The notes under the pieces were generated by a model that searched no databases, was not told where the DNA came from, and saw nothing but the letters and a program-made list of their open reading frames with translations. From Anaeramoeba ignava BMAN (taxonomy: Eukaryota; Protista; Anaeramoebae), in assembly GCA_028826165.1 (NCBI GenBank), contig JAPDFW010000092.1:62001-126000 (forward strand): a stretch of 64,000 nt of DNA, read 5' to 3'. The position numbers and the translations under genes are program-made. Shown one piece after another: positions 35,325 to 48,930 of the stretch (position 1 is its first letter; every line of letters starts with the position of its first letter).

Positions 35325-38300
35325 TTAAAAGAATTCTTCTTCTTTCCTTTTAACTAATCTTTTAAAAATATATGCAAATCTCATCCCTGTTTCTTCATCT
35401 TCAAAAAACATATGAATTCTTTTTTCTTGTCCAACTATAATTTGAAACACATTTTTCTGTTTTCCACTTTTTAAAATTGAAGAATTTTTTTTAACTTGAA
35501 AAGAATGTTTAATTTTTGAATTTTTAGCATTTGTTTCAATTACAACTTCTTCATTTTCAATTTTTAAATCAACTTCTTTTTGAACTAAAGTCTTTTCATT
35601 TGTTCTAAGAATTGAAACATGAAAAACTTCATTTTCATCAATTAATCCAATTTCTTGTTTTTGTTCATTTTGTTCATTTTCATCAATTAATTCAATTTCT
35701 TGTTTTTGTTTAATTTCTTGTTTTTCTTCATTTTCTTGTTTTTCTTCATTTTCTTGTTTCTTTAAAAATCTTTGATATTTAAAATTCTTGAAAAAAAGTG
35801 AACGTTCATCTCCATTTTTAAAAACCAATATATAATCTTGTTGATCTTTAAATAAAAATCTTGCAATTTGATTTCTTGGATGTGTCAATAATCTTATATT
35901 ATTATCAATATAAGAAAATTTCAAATCAACTTTCGAGGTTTTAAAAATTAATTGATCTTCAAGAAGAATTTTTGCTTCATCAACCTTTTGTAAATTTTGA
36001 TCAACAACATCAGCATTGAATTCATAAACAAGATTTGTTTGGTCATTTAAAAAATTTTCTATTGCTTTTCTTCTGTCAAATTTATTTTCTTCTTGTGGAG
36101 AATTCAATGAATGAGAACGATGAAATTTATATAAACTAAAAAACTTTGAAAATTCTTTCTTTTTTTGAAATGAAACTAACACTTTTGTTTCATCTCCAAA
36201 TAGTAATTGAGCAATTCGATTTTTCCCTTGAACAGGAATCACTTCTACACTTTGTTTATATGGTGTTTTTCGTGATTCTTTGGGTGATTGGAGTATTATT
36301 TCATTTTCACAAATTTCAATTGTTCCTGAATCAATTTTCTTATATTTTTCATTCAAAATGGAAATTTGATAAATTTTATTTTCTTCATCTTGATTTTGAT
36401 TTTGATTTTCATTTTGATTTTGATTTTCATTTTGATTTCTTTTCTTTTTTGATTTTGATTTTGATTTTGATTTTGTTTTCTTGCTTGACAAATGTGTATC
36501 ATCAATAAAAGTAAATTTTGCTGGTTTTTTTCTTCCAAAAATTACTGAAAAACTCCTTTCTTTTTCAAAATTACTAAAAAAATGTATTCTTTCTTGTGAA
36601 TTTTCAAAAGAAATTCTTGAAACTGATTTGTCGTTCTCAAATATAATATTCACAATATTAAACTTTTTGGAATACAACGATATATTCACACTTCGATCAT
36701 ATTTCTTTCTTTCAACTCCTTTTTTCTTCGAAGTGAAAATAAATTCATCTTTCGAAATTTGAATAGTTCCCCCATCAATTTGTTGATAATCATCATTGAG
36801 AAAATGTACATTGTAACTTCTTTCTGTCAAAATTGGAGAATTTGGCACTTGTTTTTTCACTGATTTTTTTGGAATATCTATTTGAAGTTGTTGTAATTTT
36901 TCATTTTCATTTTCATTTTGATTTTGATTTTCATTTTGATTTTCATTTTGATTTTCATTTTGATTTTGATTTTGATTTTGATTTTCCATTAAATTTTGTA
37001 ATGATTTTTTTTTGAAAGATGATAAATTCAAAAATTGGCTTTTGTTTTTTTTGAAAATGTTGAAGAATCCAAATTTTGATTCAGGATTCTCAAAGGAAAC
37101 TATAAAAGAATCAGATTCTTCAAAAGATAATTTAGCAACTGTATTTTTTGAAGGATGAAACACAAATTTTATGTTTTCATTGAAAGAATGGGATATTTCT
37201 TTTTTCAATGTTTTCAAAATAATTTCATCATATCGAATTATCAATAATGCCTTTTGAATAGGATTAAAATTATAATCAAGAACGGAAACATGAAACTCTT
37301 CGTTTTCTTCAAGGTTTATGCTTGTTGTTCTTGATGGAGTTGCTGATGTGTTTGTTTTTGTTTCTGAATTTTGTCTTGAAATTGGATTGCTACGAGACTG
37401 CATATTTTCTGCTCCAAAAAATTTATATTGTTCTTTAAATGTTTCGATTAGTTTTGGCGACTCTTCTTCAGATACAAATTTGAAATTGTAGAATTCTCCA
37501 TCTTGGAATGTTATTCGATATAAATGCTCTGTTAATGATATTGCTGATATTAATATCTTTTGCTTGATTGCTTGTTTTCGGATAATTTCCCCATTTTTGC
37601 TTTTGATTGTGAAATCTTGATTTGTTAATTCAAGAACAACTTCTTCATTTTGAATTTTTTCAAATTTCTCATCGAAAATGTCAATCTGCATTTGGAAAAT
37701 ATCGTTTGATTTCTTTTCGTTTGCCTTCAGAAGATCATCCGAATCAATTAATTGCTTTTTTGGTTCTGATTTGTTCTCCTCTTCAATTTTATTTTGGTTG
37801 TTTTTTTGCAAAAATTTATGCATTTTTTCAAAAAGATCCACAAATTCTTGGCGGTTGTGATTTTTGAATCCAATAATAACTCCAAATTTCTCTCCATTAA
37901 ATTGGATATAGCATCCGTTTTCGTTTGTGGGATGAAGTTGAATCAGAGAATCCACAATTCTTTTTTTGATTTCCTCTCCATTCTGTTTTTTCAATATTAG
38001 AAACTCTGAATTCATTTCCAATATCCCAGATGAGATGAATCTTCCCAGCTCAGAATAGAAATTAATATCGAACAAAAATATTCCTTCTCTTTGAATTGGA
38101 TTCTCGCCCTTTTTTTCTATCACTTGCTCTTTTTTAGTGATTTTGAACTGTTGAAGTGATTCAATCAATTGTTCAATTTCCATTGAATTTTCAAACATCA
38201 AACGAAAACTATATTTATTATGCAAAACAGCCTCCAAATTGTTCGTGCTTTTTTGATCATAGCTTAATGTTATATTTTCTGAGATGCATGATACTGAATT

Positions 38301-40660
38301 TAAATTGTGCAGAAATGTTATCCGATCTTTTGCTACAATCATATCCACATTTCTAATTTGATCATTCTGGTAATCAATTTCGCACCTGAATCTTTTAAAT
38401 ATGCATCCAAATGAATGAGAAAGAAATCGCAATTTGTATTCAATAAATTTCTCTTCGAATTTTTTCAAATCCTCCATTGAGCCAAATTCCAGCAACAATT
38501 CATTCTCGAATCCAAAAACTAATTTGATTTGGCTTTCATTCCCGGATATTTTCTCAATATGATCTAAATTGCAATATTCTCTCGCAAACGAATCACTCGG
38601 ATTTGCAAGAGAACTCACTTGGAAAAAATAGCTTTTCAGAATCATTTCCACTTGAATAGATTTGGGTTCTTTTTCACTTGAATAAGAACCACCAATGGCA
38701 TTGCAAATGAATTTGATTGGAGATTGGTGCTTATTAAGAAACTTTTCGATTCGCGATCCAAAATGAATATATCTCCGGAAATGGAATTGCTTGATAAATG
38801 AAAATTTCTTGTGTGTGTCTAAAAACTTAATATGAAAATCTGTATATTCGTCAACACTGAACAAACAAAACAAATCCTCTTCCTTTTCAAATGTTAATCT
38901 TGAGTATGGATTGTAATAACGATCCAAAACGTTTGACAAATAAATTACAGAGAAATGTGTTGAAAATAGTTTGATTGTCGCATATCCAATGTTTTCTGCA
39001 AATGAATTCATTAATAAAACCTTGAAATTTTTGCTTTCTTCATCTTCTTTCTGAGAATCCTTTTCAAGTATATTTTGCTGATTTAAGATAGAAGAATAAA
39101 CATAGATTGATTTTTTGTCCTTCAAGAAATGCGAATCGTCACTTTTTCCATATTCAATTAATTTTAAACTATTCACTCGAGTTGCTATTTTTGATGGAAA
39201 CAACCGATTTGGATAGTTTGAACAAATAATACGCTTGTGCCTTTTGGAATCACTATTGTTTAATGCTTTGTTTTTGAAAGCCAAGAAAATATTTACAAAA
39301 ACATCTCTTTGAAAAGGATCCTCGATAGAACCGATGATTTTAATTGAAGAATCGAGGAATAAAATAAATTTGTTCATTTCAATAGGATGAATAAAAATCT
39401 TCTGGGTTTGAGTGTATTTTCCATTGTATATTTCCCCAGATAGAGCATCCAAGACCTTAATTTTATTACTTCTGAATTTAATTACAGCTGATTTTGTTTT
39501 TGTTTCCAAAATTTTCAAGTTGAAATCAGCGAATCCTTGATGAAGAAATGCGCTGATTTTTTCCTTAATTTTGAGTATATTTTCTTGGTAAGTTGGGTTT
39601 TTGATAATTTTTGATTTGGGATTGAACAGATATAAATATCTATGTTGAGAAATGACAGGATCTCCATTATTATCAAAATCGGCAAAAATGGAATTTGCTA
39701 ATAATGCCTTTTGAGATAATATTCTGTGCTGTTTTGCTTCCAAAATCATGCCAAATTTCTCATATTCCTCCTGATAAATATAGTAATTGATATTCTCATT
39801 CGCTTTTTTTTGCATTTGTTGCTTTTCTTGTTTCAATTTCTCAATTTCTTCTTGAATTTTCTTTTTTTCCTGAGCATATAAAATATTGTCTTGCAATTTT
39901 GTTGAAAAACCTGTTAGATCTTGTATTGAAAATTTTAAATCTTCAAAATCATCATTTCCGTTATCACCTTCATTTTCATTAGTAAGATTAATATTGCTTT
40001 CTTTGATTGAATCTCTTTTTTTCCTTTTGATAAACCGTATTTTTTTTTGCTGGATATTTTCCAAATTTTGATCTGCATTTTCACTTTTAAAATGTAGTAT
40101 TTTTGGATTGAGTTCCCCTTTTTCTGATTGCTTAGATAATGGCTCCTTATGAACTATTCTAATACGTCGTATTTTATGTCCTGATTGTGTTTGTGATGAT
40201 ATTCTTCTAAATTTCAATTTTTTTGAGCTTTTTGAAGTTGGATTTTTGACTAATTCTTGGTTATTTTTTTTCTCTTTTTTTTTTATTGAAAAATTTTTTT
40301 TTAATTCATTTAGTAATTTAAATAGATTTTCTTTTTCAAATTTCGAAGTTTCTGTTAAAAGATTTTTTGAAATATCAATTTGACTACAAAAGTTGATAAA
40401 TTCCTGTAAGTTTTGATTTTCTTCATCGCTTTTTTTTTTTTAAAAAAAAGAATAAAGAATTTAAATTAAAAATTTTATTATTTTTTTTTTTTTGCAAACT
40501 TTTGCCATTTTTTAATAGAATTTGGATTAATTAAATAAACATAATTATATATTTCTTTGAATAATTCTCTTCCATTAATCTCTTCTTTAATTTTTTTTTG
40601 TAATTTTTTACTTAACCAATTAAGGATTTTATTATTTTTATTATAATTATTATTTGACAT
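35325..40660 (-). CDS. Degenerate calponin-homology domain + multiple PH-like repeats, about 1754 aa. Exons 40660-40500, 40428-35325
   Basis: A 71-nt intron joins ILNWL..LINPNSIKKWQN to NLQEFINFCSQI (CH-like), open through to the 1630-aa ORF. It has repeated ~85-aa units of beta strands ending in SFEN..R..FF..F. Confidence 0.75.
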
Positions 40661-40876
40661 AAAATGAGAATAAATTAAAAATGAAAGAAAAAAAATGAAA
40701 AGATTTTGTAAATTTTTCTTTTTTTTTTTTGATTAAAAAAAAATTTTTTTTTTGGGAACATTCAATTTTTATTATTATTATTATTTTTTTTTTTTGAAAT
40801 AAAAGTAAAAGTTCAAGAAAAATTGATAATATACTGAATAAATTGAATCAATAAAAAAAATTTGTTTTTCTTGATT

Positions 40877-43800
40877 TTAAATGATTGAACATAATTTCTT
40901 TTTTTTCTTTCTTTTTAATTGGTCTATTTGTTGAGGATTTGCTTCAATTTTTTTTTCTTTCCATTTTCTAACTTCTCTTGCAACTTCTTCAAAACATTGA
41001 GTAACATTCATTCCACTTTTTGCAGAACTAATATTAAATATTAAATATTAAATTAAATAATAATAAATATTAAATATTAAATAATAAATATTAAATAATA
41101 AATATTAAATAATAAATATTAAATATTAAATATTAAATATTAAATAATGAATATTAAATATAAAATAATAAATATTAAATATTAAATATTAAATATTAAA
41201 TATTAAATATTAAATAATAAATATTAAATAATAAATATTAAATATTAAATATTAAATATTAAATATTAAATAATAAATATTAAATATTAAATATTAAATA
41301 ATAAATATTAAATATTAAATATTAAATAATAAATAATAATAAATATTAAATATTAAATATTAAATAATAAATATTAAATATTAAATAATGAATATTAAAT
41401 ATTAAATATTAAATATTAAATAATAATAAATATTAAATATTAAATATTTATTAAATATTAAATATTTAAATTAAAATAATAAAATATTAAATAATAAATA
41501 ATAAATATTAAATATTAAATCAAAAATATTAAATATTAAATAATAAATATTAAATATTAAATATTAAATATTAAAATTAATAAAAAAATAAATATTAAAT
41601 ATTAAATAATAAAATAAATAAATAATAAATAAATATTAAATAAATAATAAATAATAAAATATAAATATTAAATATTAAATTTAATAAATCAAAAAAAAAT
41701 ATTAAATATTAAATAATAAATATTAAATATTAAATAATAAATATTAAATATTAAATATTAAATATTAAATAATAAATAATAAATATTAAATATTAAATAA
41801 TAAATAATAAAAATTATAAATAACAAATAATAAATCATTAAATATTAAAAAAATAATAAATATTAAATATTAAATAATTAAATATTAAATATTAAAATTT
41901 TAAATAAAAATAATAAAATAATAAATAATAAATAATAAATAATAAATATTAAATATTAAATAATAAATAAATAAATAATATTAAATTAAATAATAAATAA
42001 TAAATATTAAATAATAAATAAATAAATATTAAATATTAAATATTAAATAATAAATAATAAATAATAAAAATAATAAATAATAAATAATAAATAATAAATA
42101 TTAAATATTAAATAATAAATATTAAATATTAAATAATAAATAATAAATATTAAATATTAAATAATAAATAATAAATATTAAAATTAAAATATTAAAAATT
42201 TAAATAATAAATATTAAATATTAAATATTAAATATTAAATATTAAATAATAAATAAATAATAAATTTAAATATTAAATAATAAATATTAAATATTAAATA
42301 TTAAATATTAAATATTAAATATTAAATATTAAATATTAAATATTAAATATTAAATATTAAATATTAAATATTAAATATTAAATATTAAATAATAAATATT
42401 AATATTTGATATTAAATATAAAATAATAAATATTAAATAATAAATATAAAATATTAAATATTAAATAATAAATAATAAATATTAAATATTAAATAATAAA
42501 TATTAAATAATAAATAATAAATATTAAATATTAAATAATAAATATTAAATATTAAATAATAAATAATAAATAATAAATAATAAATATTAAATAATAAATA
42601 TTAAATAATAAATATTAATATTTGATATTTACGCTTCAAGAAATTTTGATTTAAAAGAAGAACTTAATTCTTGTCCTTGTTGATAAGTAACTTTTCTTTC
42701 ATTTTCAAGATCTAATAATAATTAAAAATTAAAAATTTCAAAGTAAAAAAAAATGAATAAATTTTTGTTTATTTGTTTATTATAAAAACCTGCTTTATTT
42801 CCAATAGTAATTGATGGATAAACTTGACCTTTAATTCTTTCAAGAGTTTGATGAAAAGATTTAGCTTCTGTAAAGCTTCTGAGATCTGTGACACTATAAA
42901 CAATAAGAAATCCTTCACCAGTTTGGAAATACTATTTTGGAATTATATTTTGAATTATTTGGAATTATTTTTGAATGATTTGGAATTATTTGGAATTATA
43001 TTTTGGAATTATATTTTGGAATGATTTGGAACGATTTGGAATTATTTGGAATTATATTTGGAATTATTTGGAATGATTTGGAATTATATTTTGAATATAT
43101 TTGAATTATATTTTGGAATTATATTTTGAATATATTTGAATTATATTTTGGAATTATATTTTGGAATTATATTTGAATTATATTTTGGAATTATATTTTG
43201 AATTATTTGGAAATATATTTGGAAATATTTGAATTATATTTTGGAATTATATTTTGGAATTATTTGGAATTATATTTTGAAATTATTTGGAACGATTTGG
43301 AATGATATTTTAATTATTTGGAATTATATTTTGAATGATTTGGAATTATTTGGAATTATTTTGAATTATTTTGAATTATATTTGGAAATATATTTTGGAA
43401 ATATATTTGAATTATATTTTGGAATTATATTTTGGAATTATATTTTGGAATGATTTGGAATGATTTGGAATTATTTGGAATTATATTTGGAATTATTTGG
43501 AATTATATTTGGAATTATTTTGAATTATTTTGAATTATTTGGAATTAAAATTTTTACTTTATCTCGAATAGAACGAAATTCATCTTGTCCTGCTGTATCT
43601 AATACTTCTAATAATGTTGGTTTTTGATCAATTATAACCATTTTTCGATAACTTTCCTCTTTAAATTTAGAAATGAAAATGAATTTTGAATTAGGGTTTT
43701 GAATAAGAATTTTATTTATAATTTTATTTATAATTTAATTTATAATTTTATTTAAAATTTGATTTAAAATTTGATTTAAAATTTGATTTATAATTTTATT

Positions 43801-45011
43801 TATAATTTAATTTATAATTTAATTTATTATTTTATTTATAATTTAGATTTATAATTTTATTTATAATTTTATTTATAATTTAATTTATAATTTAATTTAT
43901 AATTTAATTTATAATTTAATTTAAAATTTAATTTATAATTTTATTTATAATTTAATTTATAATTTAATTTATAATTTTATTTATAATTTTATTTATAATT
44001 TTAATTTATAATTTAATTTATAATTTAATTATTAATTTTATTTATAATTTTTTTTATTTTATTTATAATTTTATTTATAATTTGATTTAAAATTTGATTT
44101 AAAATTTGATTTTTAAAATTTTATTTTATAATTTTATTTATAATTTTATTTATAATTTTATTTATAATTTTATTTATAATTTTATTTATAATTTTATTTA
44201 TAATTTTATTTATAATTTTATTTATAATTTTATTTATAATTTTATTTATAATTTTATTTATAATTTTATTATAATTTGATTAATAATTTTATTTATAATT
44301 TAATTTATAATTTTATTTTATAATTTAATTTATTTTTGATTTATAATTTTATTTATAATTTTATTTATAATTTTATTAATAATTTAATTTATAATTTTAT
44401 TTATTATTTAATTTATAATTTTATTTATAATTTAATTTATAATTTTATTTATAATTTTATTTATAATTTAATTTTAATTTAATTTATAATTTAATTTATA
44501 ATTTAATTTATAATTTTATTTATTTTTGATTAAAATTTGATTTATTTTTGATTAGGAATTTGATTAGATTTAGATTTTAAAAAATTCAAATTAAAATGAT
44601 CATTTAAATTATTTTTTTTTTTTTGGATTTTAATTAGAAAAATAATTTTAAAAAACCAAAAATCAATTTTAATAAAAGAAAAATATTACCAATTGTTGGG
44701 TCATAATCTTCTATAAACTTTCCTTGAAGATATCTTAAAGCTAAACAAGACTTTCCAACTTTAAAATTAAGAAAAAAAAATTAACAAAATAAATTTTAAT
44801 TTAAATAATAAATTTCATGAAGTAAAAAAATTAAATTAAAATCTTAAGTGTATTTTTAATTTAAAATTTAGTTGTCATTTAAACGGTTTATTTTTATTTG
44901 TTTATTTTATTTATTTGTTTTTTTTTGGATTAGAAATAATTTGATTTTAAATTCATTTAATTTACCAGAACCAGCGCCAACAATTACAATTTTACAAGTA
45001 TTTTCTGACAT
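40877..45011 (-). CDS. Ras-family small GTPase, 195 aa. Exons 45011-44966, 44758-44690, 43658-43558, 42931-42790, 42711-42633, 41027-40877
   Basis: Motifs GAGSVGKS, YDPTIEESY, DTAGQDEF, GNKAD and EASAK, a polybasic tail and CaaX CSII. Five introns all join in frame; the gene is absent from the ORF track. Confidence 0.95.
41028..42632 (-). repeat. Ras intron 5 (1605 nt) filled with (AATATTT)n-type repeat
   Basis: Direct reading. Confidence 0.9.
42932..43557 (-). repeat. Ras intron 3 filled with TCCAAAATATAAT-type repeat
   Basis: Direct reading. Confidence 0.9.
43659..44689 (-). repeat. Ras intron 2 filled with TTATAAATAAAA-type repeat
   Basis: Direct reading. Confidence 0.9.
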
Positions 45012-45070
45012 TATTCAAAGAGACTAAAAAAAATAATTTATAATTTTATATTAATTAAAAAATGGGGATC

Positions 45071-45105
<35 letters not shown>

Positions 45106-45474
45106 AAATAAAAATAAAAAAAATTTTTTTTGTTTACAAATTTAATTTATCAAATTTTAATTTAAAAAAAAAAATCCAAAAAAAAAATTTAATTAATTTT
45201 TTTAATTGAAAAAGTAAATAATAAATTATAGATCTTTAAACAAAAAAAAAGCAAAAAAAAAAAACAAATTTTTAATTAATTTTTTTTAATTAAGATCTCT
45301 TTTTATTTAAATTAAATTTTTAAATTAAATTTTAGTTTAGATTTAAAGAAAAACTAAATAACTGTGATTTTCTCATTTTGATTTGAAAAATTAAGGTAAA
45401 AAAATGAGAAAAAAAAAACAAAGATTAAAAAGAAAAAAAATAGAAGAGATAAAAAGAGATGAAGAAATCCAATA

Positions 45475-46273
45475 ATAATTTAAATTATTATTATTTTAAA
45501 ATTTGAATTATTCTTTTAGAATTTGGATTATTCTTTTAAAATTTGAATAATTCTTTTAAAATTTGAATTATTATTTTAAAATTTAAATTATTATTTTAGA
45601 ATTTAAATTATTATTTTATAATTTGGATTATTCTTTTAAAATTTGAATTATTATTATTTTAGAATTTGAATTATTATTTTAGAATTTAAATTATTATTTT
45701 AGAATTTAAATTATTATTTTAGAATTTGGATTATTATTTTAGGATTTAAATTATTATTTTAAAATTTGAATTATTATTATTTTAGAATTTGGATTATTCT
45801 TTTAGAATTTAAATTATTATTTTAGAATTTGGATTATTCTTTTAAAATTTGAATTATTATTTTAGAATTTGGATTATTATTTTAGAATTTGGATTATTAT
45901 TATTTTTAGAATTTAAATAATTATTCTTTTTGAAATTTTAAAATTATTATTTTTATAATTTGGATTATTCTTTTAAAATTTGAATTATTATTTTAAAATT
46001 TGAATTATTATTTTATAATTTAAATTATTATTTTAGAATTTAAATTATTATTATTTTAGAATTTGAATTATTATTATTTTAGAATTTGAATTATTATTTT
46101 AGAATTTGGATTATTATTATTTTAAAATTTAAATTATTCTTTTAGAATTTAGATTATTATTTTAGAATTTGGATTATTATTTTAGAATTTGAATTATTCT
46201 TTTAGAATTTAAATTATTATTTTAGAATTTGAATTATTATTTTAAAATTTGAATTATTATTTTATAATTTGAA
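45475..46273. repeat. About 20-bp minisatellite (TTTTAGAATTTGGATTATTA-like) starting at the MFSD1 stop
   Basis: Direct reading. Confidence 0.9.
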
Positions 46274-48831
46274 TTATTTTTGGTCATTATCAATGTCTTT
46301 ATCATTGTTATCAATGTCTTTATCATTATTATCAATGTCTTTATCATTATTATCAATTTCATTAGTAATGTTATCAATTTCATTAGTATTGTCATTATCA
46401 TTGTTATCATTGTCATTATCATTGTTATCATCGGATTGAAAGTGAACATGCAAACTTTCTTTTTTATCAGAATCTTCTAATAATGATTGTTTTTCTTCTT
46501 TTTCTTCTTTTTCTTCCTTTTTTTTTGGAACGTATTTATTCAAATAACTATTATTGAATTTCCTATCAACAACAGCAACAATAATAATTAAAATTAAACC
46601 AACAATTTGAATACCAAGAAGCATAAGCATAACATTCTTATAATTTGAATGGTCCTTCACAACACCAACAAGAATATTAACCAAACCGATTCCTATCATT
46701 TGAACAGAAGTAGTGATTCCCAAGCCGCTCCCCATAACTCTTTCTTCTAAAACAAGACAAATACTAGGCCAAAGAGTGGAAGCAAAAATGGAGTATGCCA
46801 TCCCGGCAAAAACAAGGGGGATACTTGGGTGTATTCTAGTGTAAGCAAGAACAATATCGAACAAACACATGATGACAATTGAGGTGAACATTCCCCAAAC
46901 ACGCTTTCCTATTCTATCAACAGTAACTCCTGCAACAAGCGTTGATGGGATTGACACTAAATATAATATTCCTGCAATAAAACTTGATTTGTCATTACTA
47001 TAACCGAATTTATCTTTTAGATAATCCGGCAATACTGCAAGTAAGCAAAAAACGTTAGTGTAAAATAAACAACAAATCACTGATAAAATCCAATATTGTG
47101 CACCGAATGTCTTGATATCTTTGAAATTTATTTTTCGACTTCGGTTTTTTCCTGTAATAACAATCCCATTTTTTTCTGCTTTTCGATCTGTGAAAAAGAA
47201 TAAAACTGCGTCGAGAAGTGATACTAAGCATAAAGCTGCTCCAAAAAGTAAAGTTGAAGTTAATCCTATTTTTGATTCAACAACTGGTGTTGTGTAAAAG
47301 TTTGTAACAGATCCTATTCGACTAACTGTTAAAGTAACTCCAAAAGCAAAAGAGAGATCTTTTCCTGTGAAATATGATGCACTTATAGCGCTTTGCACCT
47401 TTTGTTTTAAATTATTTTGAATTTTTAAATTTTGTTTTAAATTTCATTTTAAATTTTGTTATAAATTTAGTTTTAAATTGTTTTAAATTTTGTTTTAAAT
47501 TTTGTTTTAAATTTTGTTTTAAATTTTGTTTTAAATTTTGTTTTAAATTTTGTTTTAAATTTTATTTTAAATTTTGTTTTAAATTTTGTTTTAAATTGTT
47601 TTAAATTTAATTTTAAATTTAGTTTTAAATTTAGTTTTAAATTTAGTTTTAAATTTAGTTTTAAATTATTTTGAATTTAGTTTTAAATTTAGTTTTGAAT
47701 TTAGTTTTAAATTTTGTTTTAAATTTCATTTTAAATTTTGTTTTAAATTTTGTTTTAAATTTTGTTTTAAATTTAGTTTTAAATTTTGTTTTAAATTTCA
47801 TTTTGAATTTAGTTTTAAATTATTTTGAATTTAGTTTTAAATTTAGTTTTGAATTTTGTTTTAAATTTTGTTTTAAATTTCATTTTAAATTTTGTTTTAA
47901 ATTTAGTTTTAAATTTAGTTATAAATTTAGTTTTAAATTTAGTTATAAATTTTGTTTTAAATTTTGTTTTAAATTTTGTTTTAAATTTTGTTTTAAATTT
48001 TGTTTTAAATTTTGTTTTAAATTTTGTTTTAAATTTTGTTTTAAATTTTGTTTTAAATTTTATTTTAAATTTTGTTTTAAATTTAGTTTTAAATTTTGTT
48101 TTAAATTTTGTTTTAAATTTTGTTTTAAATTTTGTTTTAAATTTTGTTTTAAATTTAATTTTAAATTTCATTTTAAATTTTGTTTTAAATTTTAAATGGT
48201 TTTCATACAACTGTTGTACTTCCTAATCCACCTCCAAAAATAATTCTTCCAAGTAATAATAAAGGGAACATTTTCTCTAATCCACCAACAAAGAAAAAAG
48301 TTTGACCAATTGTACATAACAAAGTAAACACTAAACCAGCAAGTCTAGAACTAGTTTTGTCAATAAAAACACCACCAAAAAGAACAACTGCACAATTTGT
48401 CCAAGCATAAACCTAAAGAAAAAAAGATAAAAAGGATCGAAAATATTGAAAATAAAAAAAAAGAAATTTTTCTGATAAACAATATTTGCAAATCAATTAC
48501 AACCGTTATATCAAACAAAAATAACGGAAATGCGCAATCAATGATTAAGAAGAGATTCAATACATACCATATATATTAAGCCGTATTGTGTGTTGTTAAT
48601 ATTGAAATGAGATTTGATTTTGTCTTCTAAAACACTTGGCATGTCAAAGCAATAATAACTTCCAAATGTTAGTAAACAATCAAGAACTAGAATATAATAA
48701 CGGAATTTAGGACTTTTTGGAGAACAAGCTCCATAACATCCGCTTGTTTTATTTTTCTTCGTTTTTGGTGTTAATTCAGTTTCAATTTCTGGTTCTTGTT
48801 GAATTGTTGGATTTTTATCATCTAATTTCAT
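46274..48831 (-). CDS. MFSD1: MFS transporter, MFSD1-like, about 530 aa. Exons 48831-48568, 48412-48209, 47398-46274
   Basis: Motifs LTFGSYYCFDMPSVL, VYAWTN..FGGVFIDK, GRIIFGGG, GKDLSFAFG..SRIGSVTNF and AYSIFASTLWP. Confidence 0.88.
47399..48208 (-). repeat. MFSD1 intron 2 filled with (TTTAAAACAAAA/TTTAAAACTAAA)n 12-mers
   Basis: Direct reading. Confidence 0.9.
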
Positions 48832-48930
48832 TATTTTAAAAAGTAAAAAAAAAATGAAAAAAAAATGAAAAAAAAATAAAATTGGAAAATTCGAATCATT
48901 TTTTTTTTTCTTCTTTTGATTATTCATATT
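48832..48930. promoter_or_regulatory. Putative 99-bp bidirectional promoter
   Basis: Divergent ATGs at 48831 (-) and 48931 (+), with TCATTTT motifs on both strands. Confidence 0.55.

Noticed and set aside
45368-45412. Inverted repeat TTTTCTCATTTT/AAAATGAGAAAA as a MITE or ncRNA
   Set aside because: Low complexity, no TSD or second copy, and explicable as opposed TCATTT motifs.
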